Source: a virus
Lineage: Duplodnaviria > Heunggongvirae > Uroviricota > Caudoviricetes
Strand: one strand, 5' to 3'
IMG/VR virus record: IMGVR_UViG_2724679172_000007
DNA length: 51,134 bases
In this document: piece by piece, positions 10,412 through 20,400 of the stretch
How the letters are laid out: each line of letters begins with the position of its first letter
Position numbering within the stretch: position 1 is the stretch's first letter
Translations under genes and position numbers: made by a program
The notes under the pieces: model-generated
Databases searched by the model: none
What the model was told of the DNA's origin: nothing
Seen by the model: the letters and a program-made list of their open reading frames with translations, nothing else

Positions 10412-10412
10412 G

Positions 10413-10704
10413 GGCAATTTTTACACCCCTCTCAAGGTGTAGAATTTGCCCTTAACGATCGGCAATTGAGGGCAATTTTTACATCTTAATTGCATGTATC
10501 TCGTTATTAGCAAGTTGTGTTTTTATATAACGTATTGATATGTAAGGATTATGTAAAAATCGCCCTCAACCAATATCGTGCGTATCGTGCATTCTTATTG
10601 CGCTTTTTTATTATCATTCACTGTGTTAACTGATTGATATTATTGAAATATGTAAAGAATGCCTTCATTGCTGATGGATTGATGATGTAAAAAATGCCCT
10701 CAAC
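10413..10704. repeat. Downstream iteron cluster (incA-like copy-control locus)
   Basis: At least six iteron copies in both orientations (agggcaatttttacaccc at 10413, ggtgtagaatttgccctta at 10436, tgagggcaatttttacatc at 10470, atgtaaaaatcgccctcaa at 10551, atgtaaagaatgccttca at 10648, atgtaaaaaatgccctcaa at 10686). Confidence 0.65.
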
Positions 10705-10792
10705 ATTGCGCTACCTTCCCTACCCGCTATCGTTGAGGTCGTGGGTGCTGACGGGAAATGAGCAACCCTCCAGCACACATAATTAAAGCTAT

Positions 10793-11500
10793 TCAGAATT
10801 TGATCACTCCACTCACAGCCCCCTTTAACGCGCTTGTAGCCATGCCAGCGGCACCGTTGACCAAAGCAGAAACACCTGAGCCTGCGGATGTGTATTTCTG
10901 GAAAGTGATTGGATATGACAAGAACTCTGACACCTGGTCTCGTGAGCGGGTGATTTCCCCAAGTTGAGTGGGGAATACGCGCATTTCCTCTTCCAGTTCT
11001 TTACCGCCATCCTGAGTTACCCGGTAGAGCCGGATCTTCATTAGATATTCAGGAGGAAGGTTTATTGTTCCGTCCGGGTTTGTCACGCGGGAACGACGCT
11101 CTTTGAACCAGTTCATGATCTTGCCGTCTTCGGTATCCCTTACGGTCATCGTGACTGGTCCGGCGGTGACGTAGGTTGGCTTGCTGAACTCTACGCTACC
11201 TATCACCTTGTTTTCTGTCTCGATATTTCCGCTGCTGTAGGTGATATCCTTCACGAACATATCGAAACCGTTCAGACCGTCCACTTCAACCGTCCACTGC
11301 CATCCCTGGGCGTAACGAATACGCATAGCGGCAGCAACAATATTTTTCCCGTAGGCAATATCGCTGCTGTAGTTCCCACTTACCCCGCCGCCGGATATTG
11401 CTTTATCCAGAATGTCGCTAATGAGGTTGCTGGTGAATGATTTTGTGTTAAATGACAGTGCGGTGGTCAACGTTCTGCCAACGCTGCTGAAAATACTCAC
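10793..11500 (-). CDS. Phage tail structural protein (possibly tail tube)
   Basis: 235-aa ORF in the minus-strand structural operon downstream of the sheath-like gene; no specific motif recognised. Confidence 0.3.
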   Translation of the reverse strand: MSIFSSVGRTLTTALSFNTKSFTSNLISDILDKAISGGGVSGNYSSDIAYGKNIVAAAMRIRYAQGWQWTVEVDGLNGFDMFVKDITYSSGNIETENKVIGSVEFSKPTYVTAGPVTMTVRDTEDGKIMNWFKERRSRVTNPDGTINLPPEYLMKIRLYRVTQDGGKELEEEMRVFPTQLGEITRSRDQVSEFLSYPITFQKYTSAGSGVSALVNGAAGMATSALKGAVSGVIKF

Positions 11501-11515
11501 TCTGCGCCTCCAGCG

Positions 11516-12076
11516 TTAAAAAATGGTAGCCCCCGGAATAATCGCCCGGTTTGAGGACATTTTTTCTTCAATCTCCTGAACGCGGGCATATAACGTGGCT
11601 TCATCAGGTAGATCTGAGTAGTCAAATTTCCCGTCGATGGACGCTCGACGCTGGCGGGCGACATTTCTGACATTGATAAGCGCCTCCAGGTATTCTTCCA
11701 ACATTCCAATGATTGCAGGCGGCACTTGCCATTCGTCCAGTTTTCTGTCGCGGAGATTAACCAGATACAGCATCCGAAAAGGCCATCGTTCTGAACCTGT
11801 CAGCTCTAATTCAATAAAGCCGGATAGTTCATCCGAATAGACCAAAAGGCCATTGCTGTCGGTGACGTGAACAAGAGATAGATAATCTTCCGGCAATGGG
11901 ATTGCGGTGCCACCAGCTTTTTCGAGTTTTAGTGTCTTCACTACCCCGGCCCTGTCCTGATACGTGGTCAGCGCTTTAATCAGGAAGGCTTTCAGCGTGT
12001 CTTCTTCACGCACAAGCAGTGGGTTAAATCGCGTTTTAACGCTTTCTAATAATTCGGTTGGTGTCATCGTAGCCAC
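11516..12076 (-). CDS. Phage structural/assembly protein (hypothetical)
   Basis: 186-aa ORF in the structural operon. Confidence 0.35.
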   Translation of the reverse strand: MATMTPTELLESVKTRFNPLLVREEDTLKAFLIKALTTYQDRAGVVKTLKLEKAGGTAIPLPEDYLSLVHVTDSNGLLVYSDELSGFIELELTGSERWPFRMLYLVNLRDRKLDEWQVPPAIIGMLEEYLEALINVRNVARQRRASIDGKFDYSDLPDEATLYARVQEIEEKMSSNRAIIPGATIF

Positions 12077-12121
12077 AACTCAAATTCAGAGGAAATCCCG
12101 TCCGGAAGGACGGGAAAGAGA

Positions 12122-12613
12122 TCACTCTACCCAGTTGTAAACAATACGCAGGGAAGGTTTCACGACTGCCGTTACGTCTTCGGAAGAGAAGTCCACGGCG
12201 TCGGAATACACTTTGCAGTGAGAGTAGGTACGAATCAGACCTTTGTGGTTGCCGCTGTTGGATTCAGCCGCTGCCTGGAAGGTGATATCAAGATACTCTT
12301 TGCCATAAACCATTTGTTTAACGGCTGCGAGTACATCCCCTTCGATTGTCTCAGAGCAGGTGACCTGGAACTCACCAGAGTTGCGCAATGGCCCGTGTTG
12401 GTTGAACTTCATGCCGCCGGGGGCATAATCCTCCACGTCTTCGCGTGTCATTTCCGGTAACTGAGTGGTACGAACAAGTACAGACAGGTTTTCGTAACCT
12501 TTAATAGTCATCCAGAATTCTGAACCAATAAGTTTTTCGCCTGCTGCCAGGTTTTTATTAAACCGGGATTTCAGGAAGGCGATATCGGCTTTTGTATTTG
12601 CAAAACCGGACAT
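12122..12613 (-). CDS. Phage tail protein (tube-like size, hypothetical)
   Basis: 163-aa ORF in the structural operon; followed by a GC hairpin (cccgtcc-ggaa-ggacggg at 12096-12113). Confidence 0.35.
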   Translation of the reverse strand: MSGFANTKADIAFLKSRFNKNLAAGEKLIGSEFWMTIKGYENLSVLVRTTQLPEMTREDVEDYAPGGMKFNQHGPLRNSGEFQVTCSETIEGDVLAAVKQMVYGKEYLDITFQAAAESNSGNHKGLIRTYSHCKVYSDAVDFSSEDVTAVVKPSLRIVYNWVE

Positions 12614-12621
12614 AATTACTC

Positions 12622-13212
12622 CTACACAAAAACAGATGAGATATTGCTACGGTTGATCGATGTATTACCGCTGCATTGCAGGGTTACCGTGTTATGAGTG
12701 AAATAGCCTTCTGGTGTGCGCGGGGCGTCCAGTTGGTAACTCACGCTTTTGATAACAACGTCGGTAAGGGCTATGTTCCTACCTATGTTTAACGTTACTG
12801 TCTCCGGGCGACGACCGAATGGCGCTACATTGTTCAGTTCCGGCGATTCCATCTTCAGCAATGCTGTAATGGCTGCGTTCACTTCAAGTTGCGCGTTCGT
12901 TGTCGCCATGAAATCAATTACCAGATTAAATTCAGGCGGTTGCTGACCTTCCCAAACAAGCATTGAGTTGAAGAGGGTTTTTGTTGTTACGCCGGTTGCG
13001 GTCTGAAGCGTATCTGCAAGAGAGCCAGCCGCAGCGCTAATACCACCAAGCAAACCTCCTACTGACTGGTTTTCAAATGGTGATTGCCACATTGATGATA
13101 GTTCTGCGGTAGATCCTTCACCGATATAACCGACGACCATATCCTCTGAAGAGAGGATATAAACCTTCATTAACGGACTTATTCCGTCAGGCATTATCGC
13201 GCCGCAAATCAA
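12622..13212 (-). CDS. Phage structural protein (hypothetical)
   Basis: 196-aa ORF in the structural operon. Confidence 0.35.
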   Translation of the reverse strand: MICGAIMPDGISPLMKVYILSSEDMVVGYIGEGSTAELSSMWQSPFENQSVGGLLGGISAAAGSLADTLQTATGVTTKTLFNSMLVWEGQQPPEFNLVIDFMATTNAQLEVNAAITALLKMESPELNNVAPFGRRPETVTLNIGRNIALTDVVIKSVSYQLDAPRTPEGYFTHNTVTLQCSGNTSINRSNISSVFV

Positions 13213-13261
13213 ACGCTATTTCTCCCTGGTAGAGGCCACCTTTGCAGGCGGCCTATGTCAC

Positions 13262-14002
13262 TTACAAACCGCGTTTTTTGCGAATGCGCATTGATTTTTT
13301 GCGGTTGATATTCGCTACGGATGTATGTGCTTTGCGGCGTGCTTTTTTCAGCGCCTGTTTTTGCAATGACGTCATGCGGCGAGGACGCGGGCGTTTACGG
13401 ATGATGGTAACCTTGCCATCACGAACCACTTTTTTACGTACCGCTTCCAGCATTGCGCTATCACCACCAGCAACGGTGTAAATGGCAATAGCTGTTTCCA
13501 TCATGTCGGTGTCGCTTTCGGAAAGAGCGTCAAAAACACGTTCGGCAGCTGAGTCATCTTCATCGTCGATCATTTCGGTTACATCGTCCTGATCAGCGCC
13601 AAGCGCAACAGCTGCATCAGCAAGAGCTGCGAGAGCATCGTTATAAGCATCGATTTGTTCATCGGTGAAATCGGTGCCTTCATCGATATCAGCCAGGCCA
13701 GCCATAGTGATTGCTAATGCATCAAATGAGTCAGCCTCCGGATCACCATCTTCAACCCAACCAGCAAGCATGGACGCTGCCAGGCTGCGCATATCACCTT
13801 GTGCACGGGATTCAACCGCTTCCATCATCGCGGTTTCAATGTCGTCTTTGGGCTTTGGTTGAGTGTCCTTTCCTTTCTGTCCTGCGCTTTCCAGCATGGC
13901 GTTATCATTATTGTCCTGAGTGGATTTATCACCGCTTTCAAAGCAGCCAGAACCGAAAATCGCACGCATAAACGGATCTGCAGTATAATTTTTCATATTC
14001 AA
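13262..14002 (-). CDS. Phage structural protein with acidic body and strongly basic C-terminal tail
   Basis: 246-aa ORF; Asp/Glu-rich over most of its length, C-terminus RKRPRPRRMTSLQKQALKKARRKAHTSVANINRKKSMRIRKKRGL suggests nucleic-acid binding. Confidence 0.35.
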   Translation of the reverse strand: MNMKNYTADPFMRAIFGSGCFESGDKSTQDNNDNAMLESAGQKGKDTQPKPKDDIETAMMEAVESRAQGDMRSLAASMLAGWVEDGDPEADSFDALAITMAGLADIDEGTDFTDEQIDAYNDALAALADAAVALGADQDDVTEMIDDEDDSAAERVFDALSESDTDMMETAIAIYTVAGGDSAMLEAVRKKVVRDGKVTIIRKRPRPRRMTSLQKQALKKARRKAHTSVANINRKKSMRIRKKRGL

Positions 14003-14039
14003 ACCTCTCTCCCCCGCATCATTTAGCGGGGGTTATAAA

Positions 14040-15698
14040 TCAGCGCATCAGAATTGGCTTACCGACGATTCGGCGAGCTGTACCGGTCGGACAAACAGAC
14101 CAGGCCACTTCCCACAGATCGATGTCCTTTTGGACAACCTGAACAACATATGGATCTTCACCCTGGGACTTGTCACGTGGAGTAACCAGCGCACCGGCTG
14201 CAACGTAACGGTCAAGCAATTCAGTCATTGCTTTCATTAGCGCTTCTTTGGTAATGCCATCCGGTTCGTGCTTAATCGCCTGAGCAACTTCGTAGAAATT
14301 GCGTGCGATAGCGTTCATCAGGGACGATACGTGCTGGAATCGCAGATAGTTGTTTTTGCTGTAAGTTGTTAAAGAGTCGTCAATGTAAACGGACCCGTCA
14401 GCAGCAACTGAAACTGGATTAATGCGCGCAAGAACGAACGCTTCACGATCAACTGCACCGATATTTGGAATTCGGGCAATGTTCTGTCGATCAATAATCG
14501 CGCGTGATATACCTGCCGGTGCGTAATGCCAACCACCAACATCCGGTACCAGCGCCACTCCTTTTGCCTTCGCTACGAATGCGTCGCAGCTAATGCCATA
14601 GACGACATTCATTCCAGTGAAAGTATCTCGGCAGGAGAGCGGGAAGTAGTAACGGCTTGGTTGATGTGAGCCGCCAAAACTATGGCTTTTCGCTTCTGAA
14701 ATAGCGTTTTCAGGTGTCTGGTTGCCCTTCAGGTCATAGAACATGTCTACGCGAACATCTTCAGCCAGCTTTTTGATTGCGGCTAAGGCGGATGCGTCAT
14801 AACAACCCAATGACAGCAATGCGGTGTAATTAACCTCTGAAGCTTCGAGAACCTTTAATGCTTCCAGATAGTCTGCAGCGGCAATTTCGGACAGATTTCC
14901 ATCAGTACCACCTTCAAAAGCCACATCCTCAAAAATGAGTTGAGCAGCGGATGCTTCTGCATTATCTGCCAGTACGGCACCAATGCGAGTGGACTGGCTT
15001 TCAAGCAGTGTCGGAATCCATGCTGGTTGGCCCATGTCGTTGGTGCCTTCTGGATTGAAAGACACTTGGTGGCTTTCCAGCACCTCAATGGACCCATCGG
15101 TTTGTTTTTCTTTCAGCGTCAGCGTAAAGAGTTTGCTTTCTTCATCATCGCGAGTTAGTGATAACGTGCGATTTTGAGATGCATCACCATCTTTGATGAA
15201 GAATAATGCCTTCTCTCCACCTTTAATCTGGGGCGTCTCTTTGGGTGTGAAGGTCACTGATTGAGTCGTTGCAGTTGGAGCAACACCAACGCTTAATGTG
15301 TCACCTAGATTTGCTGTGGTTTCAGTAGGTTCAACGGAAAGTTCTTTGCTCGCCTTTGCCGCTTTTGCTTTGCCCACAACGGAAACAGAAATACCCGGCA
15401 CCTTCATGTCTTTAGCGCAAACTCGAACGACATATCCAGAGCCGCCTTTTACTGCACGCTCCACGTGGCGATATGGTTCAAATGCCGCGCCCAGGCGAGG
15501 GTGAATCGGTGAACCTAATACGCTTTGATAAGTCGTATCGTCAACTTTCAGTACCTTACCCGGTGCGCCACGACGCGATATTACAAGCCCAGCAAAGACG
15601 GATGCGCCACCGCTGGTATTGGTGAGGGTAGCGTCAGCATTTACTGACATTACAGCAACGCCAGCTGCCTGCCCTACCGAAAAACTAATCTTATTCAT
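14040..15698 (-). CDS. Tail sheath-like protein
   Basis: 552-aa ORF; size and position next to the major head-like gene match P1 genes 22/23; weak resemblance to sheath C-terminal region (GGWH segment). Confidence 0.45.
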   Translation of the reverse strand: MNKISFSVGQAAGVAVMSVNADATLTNTSGGASVFAGLVISRRGAPGKVLKVDDTTYQSVLGSPIHPRLGAAFEPYRHVERAVKGGSGYVVRVCAKDMKVPGISVSVVGKAKAAKASKELSVEPTETTANLGDTLSVGVAPTATTQSVTFTPKETPQIKGGEKALFFIKDGDASQNRTLSLTRDDEESKLFTLTLKEKQTDGSIEVLESHQVSFNPEGTNDMGQPAWIPTLLESQSTRIGAVLADNAEASAAQLIFEDVAFEGGTDGNLSEIAAADYLEALKVLEASEVNYTALLSLGCYDASALAAIKKLAEDVRVDMFYDLKGNQTPENAISEAKSHSFGGSHQPSRYYFPLSCRDTFTGMNVVYGISCDAFVAKAKGVALVPDVGGWHYAPAGISRAIIDRQNIARIPNIGAVDREAFVLARINPVSVAADGSVYIDDSLTTYSKNNYLRFQHVSSLMNAIARNFYEVAQAIKHEPDGITKEALMKAMTELLDRYVAAGALVTPRDKSQGEDPYVVQVVQKDIDLWEVAWSVCPTGTARRIVGKPILMR

Positions 15699-15765
15699 GC
15701 TGGTTCTTATCCTCTAAAGCGAGAGAACGAGGCAAGGCTGCCCACGGTTAATGGGCAGCCTCTGA

Positions 15766-16044
15766 TCAGGATTCGCTTACCGTGAAGGTATCGCCTACGG
15801 TTACTTCTTTCGTAGTTGGTTCAACACTGACGGTGCTTACGCTTTTATGTGCCTCCCTAACAGTGACTGTGCACTGTGCGGTTTTATTGCCGTCATTTGT
15901 TTTGATTGTCAGCACTGCCTCCCCGGCCTTAAGAGCGGTACATGTAGTGCCATCAACCTGGACAATATCAGGGTGGTCTGACTCAACAGTGAAAGATTTG
16001 TCTGTTGCGTCAGGTGGCGTGATAGTTACTTGAATGTTTGCCAT
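15766..16044 (-). CDS. Bacterial Ig-like (Big_2-type) domain protein, probable virion decoration protein
   Basis: 92-aa ORF with a Thr/Val-rich beta-strand pattern typical of Ig-like domains; strong SD (GGAGAAAAAATG). Confidence 0.5.
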   Translation of the reverse strand: MANIQVTITPPDATDKSFTVESDHPDIVQVDGTTCTALKAGEAVLTIKTNDGNKTAQCTVTVREAHKSVSTVSVEPTTKEVTVGDTFTVSES

Positions 16045-16190
16045 TTTTTCTCCTGGACGCCCCTTAATCAGGGGCGTGTTTTTGCCTTACTTCTGCTTTG
16101 TTTTTTTCTGTGCCTTTGAAGTGTTCGCGGCGATAGTTTCACCTTCATCTACGTCAAGTGACGTTGGTGATACCGACACGTTCGCCACCA

Positions 16191-17888
16191 TCACTTTTTT
16201 TCGTTAACCTTGCCTGTCAGCATGTCGATAGCACCTTCTTTGGCACGAGTCAGACGCAGGCGGGTGAAGTAGTTTTCACCGTTGCGAGGATGTACTTCGT
16301 TGATGGCACTGCCCCAGAGAGTGGTACGGTTAACGAGAGACGGATTGGTTTCGTGAACGTAAGGGATTGCTGGGACTGCATCACCAGCAATCAGACCGGC
16401 TTTACCGATGCCTTCGCCACGCCCATAGAAGAAGATGTCATCCAGCCCGAAGTCATATCCCTGTGCCAGGAATTGCTCACAGACAGGTTGCGGCACTTCG
16501 TAAATACGAATCGTGCCAAACAGGGTGCCGATGTACTGTACATACGGCGACTGAACGTAACCTGGTGCGATCTGGAAGTGCTGTGGAGGCAGAGAGCGCA
16601 GGAAGTTCGCGGCGTCACTACCAGCAAAGCCGCCACGAATACCCGTTGTCAGGGTACGATTTGCCATTTCTTGAGACAGAGCGTTTACTGCGTGACGCAG
16701 GAGGCCGACCCAGGACTCATAGTTTTGAGCTTCCGGCAGAGCCACATCAAATTCACGACCATAAACGGTATGGAATACCAGGGTGCGCAGACGCATGATG
16801 TCGGTTTCATGGGAGATCCAGTTACGCATCGCGGAGAACTGAAGTGCCGCTAATTCAAGGCCGTGCTCACGGCTTAAATCGGATGCGGACATTACCGTGT
16901 GTTCGGAAGCAAGTACGTACTGGGACGGACGAACTTCGTACTTACGCATAGCCTGGTTGATCACAGGAATCAGGCTTGGATTGCGCTCGATGTTAATTTC
17001 GACCTGAACAGCAATTTCAGTACCTTCTGGCGGAGCCTGGGTAAATGTAATGTCAATGACACCAGTGTCATAGGCAACTTTGGCAGTCGCTGAGAAAGCT
17101 TTACCTTTGCTGTCTTTAGCATTGAAATAAAGGTTGCCATCGCCGTCGTCAACTTTGGACGGTTTGCGGTTGATCAGCAGTTTGTTATAACCAGCGCGAA
17201 GCGGGCAGGATTGTCCCTCAAAATTTTGGATGTCGAACTGGAAGGTTTTGGTGCTGCCATCCCCTTTAGTGGAAAGGGTATACAGGCGCTTCATTTGAGA
17301 ATAAACACCAGCTGACTGCATATTCAGTTCGTCACCTTGTTTGAAGGTGCCGAATTTTGTGCCTGCTACGTTGACCAGTTCATAAATATTTGACTCGTCA
17401 CGATCACAAGGAACAAAAGTACAGGCATCACTGGTAGCAGCGCCCAGAGAGGCAGGCAGAATTAGAGCAGCATATTGAGCAACTTTCATTACGCCGTCAG
17501 AGCTACGCATTGATTGCGCGACAGACTCAAACATTGCCTTACCCGTGCCTTCGTGGGTATCACTGGCACATTCAGTCATTAGGCGTTCAAGAGCCATGTG
17601 TGCGTTCGCCAGGATGTCACTTGCCGGGTAATGACCATGTTGACGTTTATACTCATGCAGAGACATAGCCCACCCACCAGTGATCTGACGAGCGACCTCT
17701 GGATTTACGCCTTCAAACATAGGCACTTTCTGGATTGCTTTATCCAGGTTTTCCATCATTACTGCCTGGTCAGCAATCATGTTGCCTGCTGCATCGGTGG
17801 TCGGATCGACGGTCATAGCCATGACGCTTGCCGCCCGATTCATAATCTCGCGCTCGCGATCACGAGCTGGCTGAATGTTTTTATTCAC
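16191..17888 (-). CDS. Major head protein-like structural protein
   Basis: 565-aa ORF at the head of the minus-strand structural operon; size matches the P1 gp23 precursor; preceded by a promoter-like TTGACT and the AAATCACAAA element. Confidence 0.4.
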   Translation of the reverse strand: MNKNIQPARDREREIMNRAASVMAMTVDPTTDAAGNMIADQAVMMENLDKAIQKVPMFEGVNPEVARQITGGWAMSLHEYKRQHGHYPASDILANAHMALERLMTECASDTHEGTGKAMFESVAQSMRSSDGVMKVAQYAALILPASLGAATSDACTFVPCDRDESNIYELVNVAGTKFGTFKQGDELNMQSAGVYSQMKRLYTLSTKGDGSTKTFQFDIQNFEGQSCPLRAGYNKLLINRKPSKVDDGDGNLYFNAKDSKGKAFSATAKVAYDTGVIDITFTQAPPEGTEIAVQVEINIERNPSLIPVINQAMRKYEVRPSQYVLASEHTVMSASDLSREHGLELAALQFSAMRNWISHETDIMRLRTLVFHTVYGREFDVALPEAQNYESWVGLLRHAVNALSQEMANRTLTTGIRGGFAGSDAANFLRSLPPQHFQIAPGYVQSPYVQYIGTLFGTIRIYEVPQPVCEQFLAQGYDFGLDDIFFYGRGEGIGKAGLIAGDAVPAIPYVHETNPSLVNRTTLWGSAINEVHPRNGENYFTRLRLTRAKEGAIDMLTGKVNEKK

Positions 17889-18020
17889 GGTTAAGCCCTA
17901 AATTCGGGCGCGGCGTGAAGGTTCTTTTGACGGGCTAACAATACCTACTTTGTGATTTAGTCAATAGGTTTAGTAAAATAAAATCTATTAACACACATGT
18001 TGTTATGTGGTTTAATTTTA

Positions 18021-18035
18021 GTTTTCTAACACAAA
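18021..18035. promoter_or_regulatory. Operator-like site (GTTTTCTAACACAAA), member of a dispersed repeat family
   Basis: 15-mer nearly identical to sites at 27901-27938, 40195-40209 and 45445-45460; located in a divergent promoter region. Confidence 0.4.
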
Positions 18036-18046
18036 TCATTAGAGTT

Positions 18047-18439
18047 ATGGCGTATCGAATCTTTGTTTCGTATAAAAATGGCGCTAAGAGCCACTCTCTG
18101 AACACAACAAGTCGCTTTCTTGTTGAGGCGCAGTTGGCATCAATTCTTGCCGAAAGTGAGATACTCTCGCTCGCTGAACGGATCGTTATCCAGTTTTCTG
18201 GTAGAGATATACTCAATGTCCCCGCCCTCACCCCGGCATCCGAAGTTATGGAATCAATTAAATGGCCTGTATGCGGATGTCCTGCCAGGGTTGAAGAGCC
18301 GGTAACTGCAACGCTCTACATGCCGAAAGCTGTAAGAGATTGGCTTGCTATGGTTGGCAATGGGAAAGTCAGTGCTGGACTTCGCAAGTTAATTGAAATG
18401 GCAGATATTCCTGAGTTAAAAAATGCATGGCGACAATGA
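18047..18439 (+). CDS. Hypothetical protein
   Basis: ORF on the strand opposite to the structural operons, downstream of the operator-like site; start placed at the first ATG after the operator. Confidence 0.35.
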   Translation: MAYRIFVSYKNGAKSHSLNTTSRFLVEAQLASILAESEILSLAERIVIQFSGRDILNVPALTPASEVMESIKWPVCGCPARVEEPVTATLYMPKAVRDWLAMVGNGKVSAGLRKLIEMADIPELKNAWRQ

Positions 18440-18455
18440 GTAAACAAGGGACGAA

Positions 18456-18914
18456 ATGAGTCACGTTAACCCATCAAAAACACAATATCGCTTAATGCTG
18501 GCGATCGCGTCAGCTATACCAACCAGCCTGAATCCCCCGACAGGCTATCCCGCTGTTGTTGATGATTGTTTTCAGTATTACGGAGAAGACATCCTGAGCC
18601 AGTCAAAAGCGCTCAAGCAGTTATGTAAGGCAGGTATTCTTCACTGTATCGGAGATCCGGACGATTTTGTTGTTATGCTGGCGGATCGTGACTCTTTTCT
18701 ACTGTCCTGGAAAGCTGGTGCGCGCGAAGCACGTTTGGGGAATGGTATTGGTTACATAGACTATAGCGATTGTCCGCTGGCATTTGCTGGTGGATATATG
18801 CATTGGCATGAGCGAAATAGGGGCCGTCAGCGTCAGTATCGTTTGAGTGACTTTAACGTCTGTCACGGTTTCGAAGAAGCTGACAGCCAGGACATCTGGC
18901 TTCAGGAGCCTTGA
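18456..18914 (+). CDS. Hypothetical protein
   Basis: 152-aa ORF 17 nt downstream of the previous gene. Confidence 0.4.
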   Translation: MSHVNPSKTQYRLMLAIASAIPTSLNPPTGYPAVVDDCFQYYGEDILSQSKALKQLCKAGILHCIGDPDDFVVMLADRDSFLLSWKAGAREARLGNGIGYIDYSDCPLAFAGGYMHWHERNRGRQRQYRLSDFNVCHGFEEADSQDIWLQEP

Positions 18915-19213
18915 TCCCCCTTCCCTTCCCAAATCTCCCTGTTTCTTTGGTTATTCAGTGCGTTTCGTTGGTTGCATTCGTCGATCGTGCTGAATAACTG
19001 TTCAGCGTATGTCGGATACTTGTTTAACAGCACTGGCGTGTCTTCTGGCACTAAACAAGGGGAGTAATCAATCAGATTTGCCTGCGGCTTGCTGGTGGCT
19101 TCTACGGTAATTTTCACTGGCACGCTGGTTGATGGCTTTTGCCCGTTCCCGCTGCATCCTGATAACGTCATCAGGCACACGCACATCGTTAATCCCAGCA
19201 CGGCGTAACGCAT
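18902..19213 (-). CDS. Outer-membrane spanin subunit (Rz1-like lipoprotein)
   Basis: Signal peptide with lipobox (MRYAVLGLTMCVCLMTLSGC); Pro-rich mature part; start embedded in the 3' end of the Rz-like gene in another frame, the classic overlapped spanin architecture. Confidence 0.55.
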   Translation of the reverse strand: MRYAVLGLTMCVCLMTLSGCSGNGQKPSTSVPVKITVEATSKPQANLIDYSPCLVPEDTPVLLNKYPTYAEQLFSTIDECNQRNALNNQRNREIWEGKGDQGS

Positions 19214-19541
19214 TTTCAAGGCGAGTGATTTCATTCTGGCTTTCCTCCCGTTGTTTGATTAGGTTGGCATTCAGTTCTGCTGTTTTGCGCTGGTACTCCT
19301 TTTCCAGTGCTTTAATTCTTTCGTTTTCGGTCAGCATGGCTGAGCGAGCGTTCTCACTTAACTGTAATGCGGTAGAAAGCGTGTTGTTCGTGCTTTCCAG
19401 TTGTGATTTTGAGTCTTCAAGCGCTCGGACATACCTGATGTGTTCGATAACTGCCGTCGTTGTTCGGTAAATTCCAGAAATGGCTAAAAGCGCAATTACA
19501 ATCAAAATTATCTTTTTCAAAACCATCCTCTTTAGGTTCAT
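19068..19541 (-). CDS. Inner-membrane spanin subunit (Rz-like)
   Basis: 157 aa; N-terminal transmembrane segment (KKIILIVIALLAISGIY) followed by a long charged coiled-coil; overlaps the lipoprotein gene. Confidence 0.6.
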   Translation of the reverse strand: MNLKRMVLKKIILIVIALLAISGIYRTTTAVIEHIRYVRALEDSKSQLESTNNTLSTALQLSENARSAMLTENERIKALEKEYQRKTAELNANLIKQREESQNEITRLENALRRAGINDVRVPDDVIRMQRERAKAINQRASENYRRSHQQAAGKSD

Positions 19542-19596
19542 TTTTGGTGTTAAACATGTACCAATTCACATCCTTTTGTGTTCCTAAGTGGTGTTG

Positions 19597-20400
19597 CTAT
19601 GGTTCCTTTTTGGTGTTCTTTTGGAGCGCATCGATAACGCCTTGTGGCATGATTAAACTGATTGCCGGACTCATTACTGCATCATCCAGTAGAGAACCAG
19701 TTAACGTGATGGCGACAGCGTTCTCTAAACCTTTGGTTGCCTGAGTGGTTGACGTTTTAATGCGACCTGTAAGGGCTACGACACTCTCACTTGCTGAGTT
19801 AATTTCGGAGAGTAAAACTTCGGCGGCTGTCACTGCTTCCCGTAAAGCTTCAATTTCATCCTGAGTAATGACTGGAGCCTGAGCGCCCCCAGCACCACCC
19901 TGTCCACCATTGCTATCACCACCAGCACTTCCAGCAGCTTCTATTTTTGCGTTAATGGCGTTCATGGCGGTTTTCAGAGCATCAAGTTTTAGCGCCGTCA
20001 ATGCGTCCGTTAGAGATTGCGGAATGGAAACATTCCCCATCCCCTCAACAAGGGCGAAAGCAGGTATGGGGGTCAGCTCGTTACCTTTTACGTAGCATTC
20101 CCAGCCAATCTTCATCTGTAACAGCTCTGATGGCTTGGTGTAAGGGGAAAGAGAATCAGCCAGTAATGAAGACGCTTTGCTGGCCTCATTTAGCTGTTCA
20201 GAAAAGCCAAGCAATTGAGTAGTCCAGGCCGAAACAGAATCAGGATAGGTTTTATCGGCGTGAACTATTCCCTGTATGGCGCTGGCGAGTGATGAGGCTT
20301 TTACAGACGCTGCCCGGCTTATGGTTATAGATTCTGGTGTAGAGATACCGGCATCTGACAGAATTTTGAAGGCTTTAACTTCACCTATTGAATCAAGCAT
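19597..20400 (-). CDS. Hypothetical protein with Gly/Ala-rich linker
   Basis: Start reassigned to the ATG at 20398-20400, which overlaps the PAAR-like stop codon (TAATG). Confidence 0.4.
   Translation of the reverse strand: MLDSIGEVKAFKILSDAGISTPESITISRAASVKASSLASAIQGIVHADKTYPDSVSAWTTQLLGFSEQLNEASKASSLLADSLSPYTKPSELLQMKIGWECYVKGNELTPIPAFALVEGMGNVSIPQSLTDALTALKLDALKTAMNAINAKIEAAGSAGGDSNGGQGGAGGAQAPVITQDEIEALREAVTAAEVLLSEINSASESVVALTGRIKTSTTQATKGLENAVAITLTGSLLDDAVMSPAISLIMPQGVIDALQKNTKKEP

Noticed and set aside
9514-10704. Possible CRISPR array (short direct repeats at regular spacing)
   Set aside because: Repeats are 19 bp with only 3-13 bp between copies, occur in both orientations and flank a rep gene; this is an iteron replicon, not a repeat-spacer array.
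16158-16853. Plus-strand ORFs (16158..16853, 16367..16798 and similar) antisense to the major head-like gene
   Set aside because: They are fully contained within a long, well-supported minus-strand gene in a GC-rich region where spurious antisense ORFs are common, and have no SD or start context.
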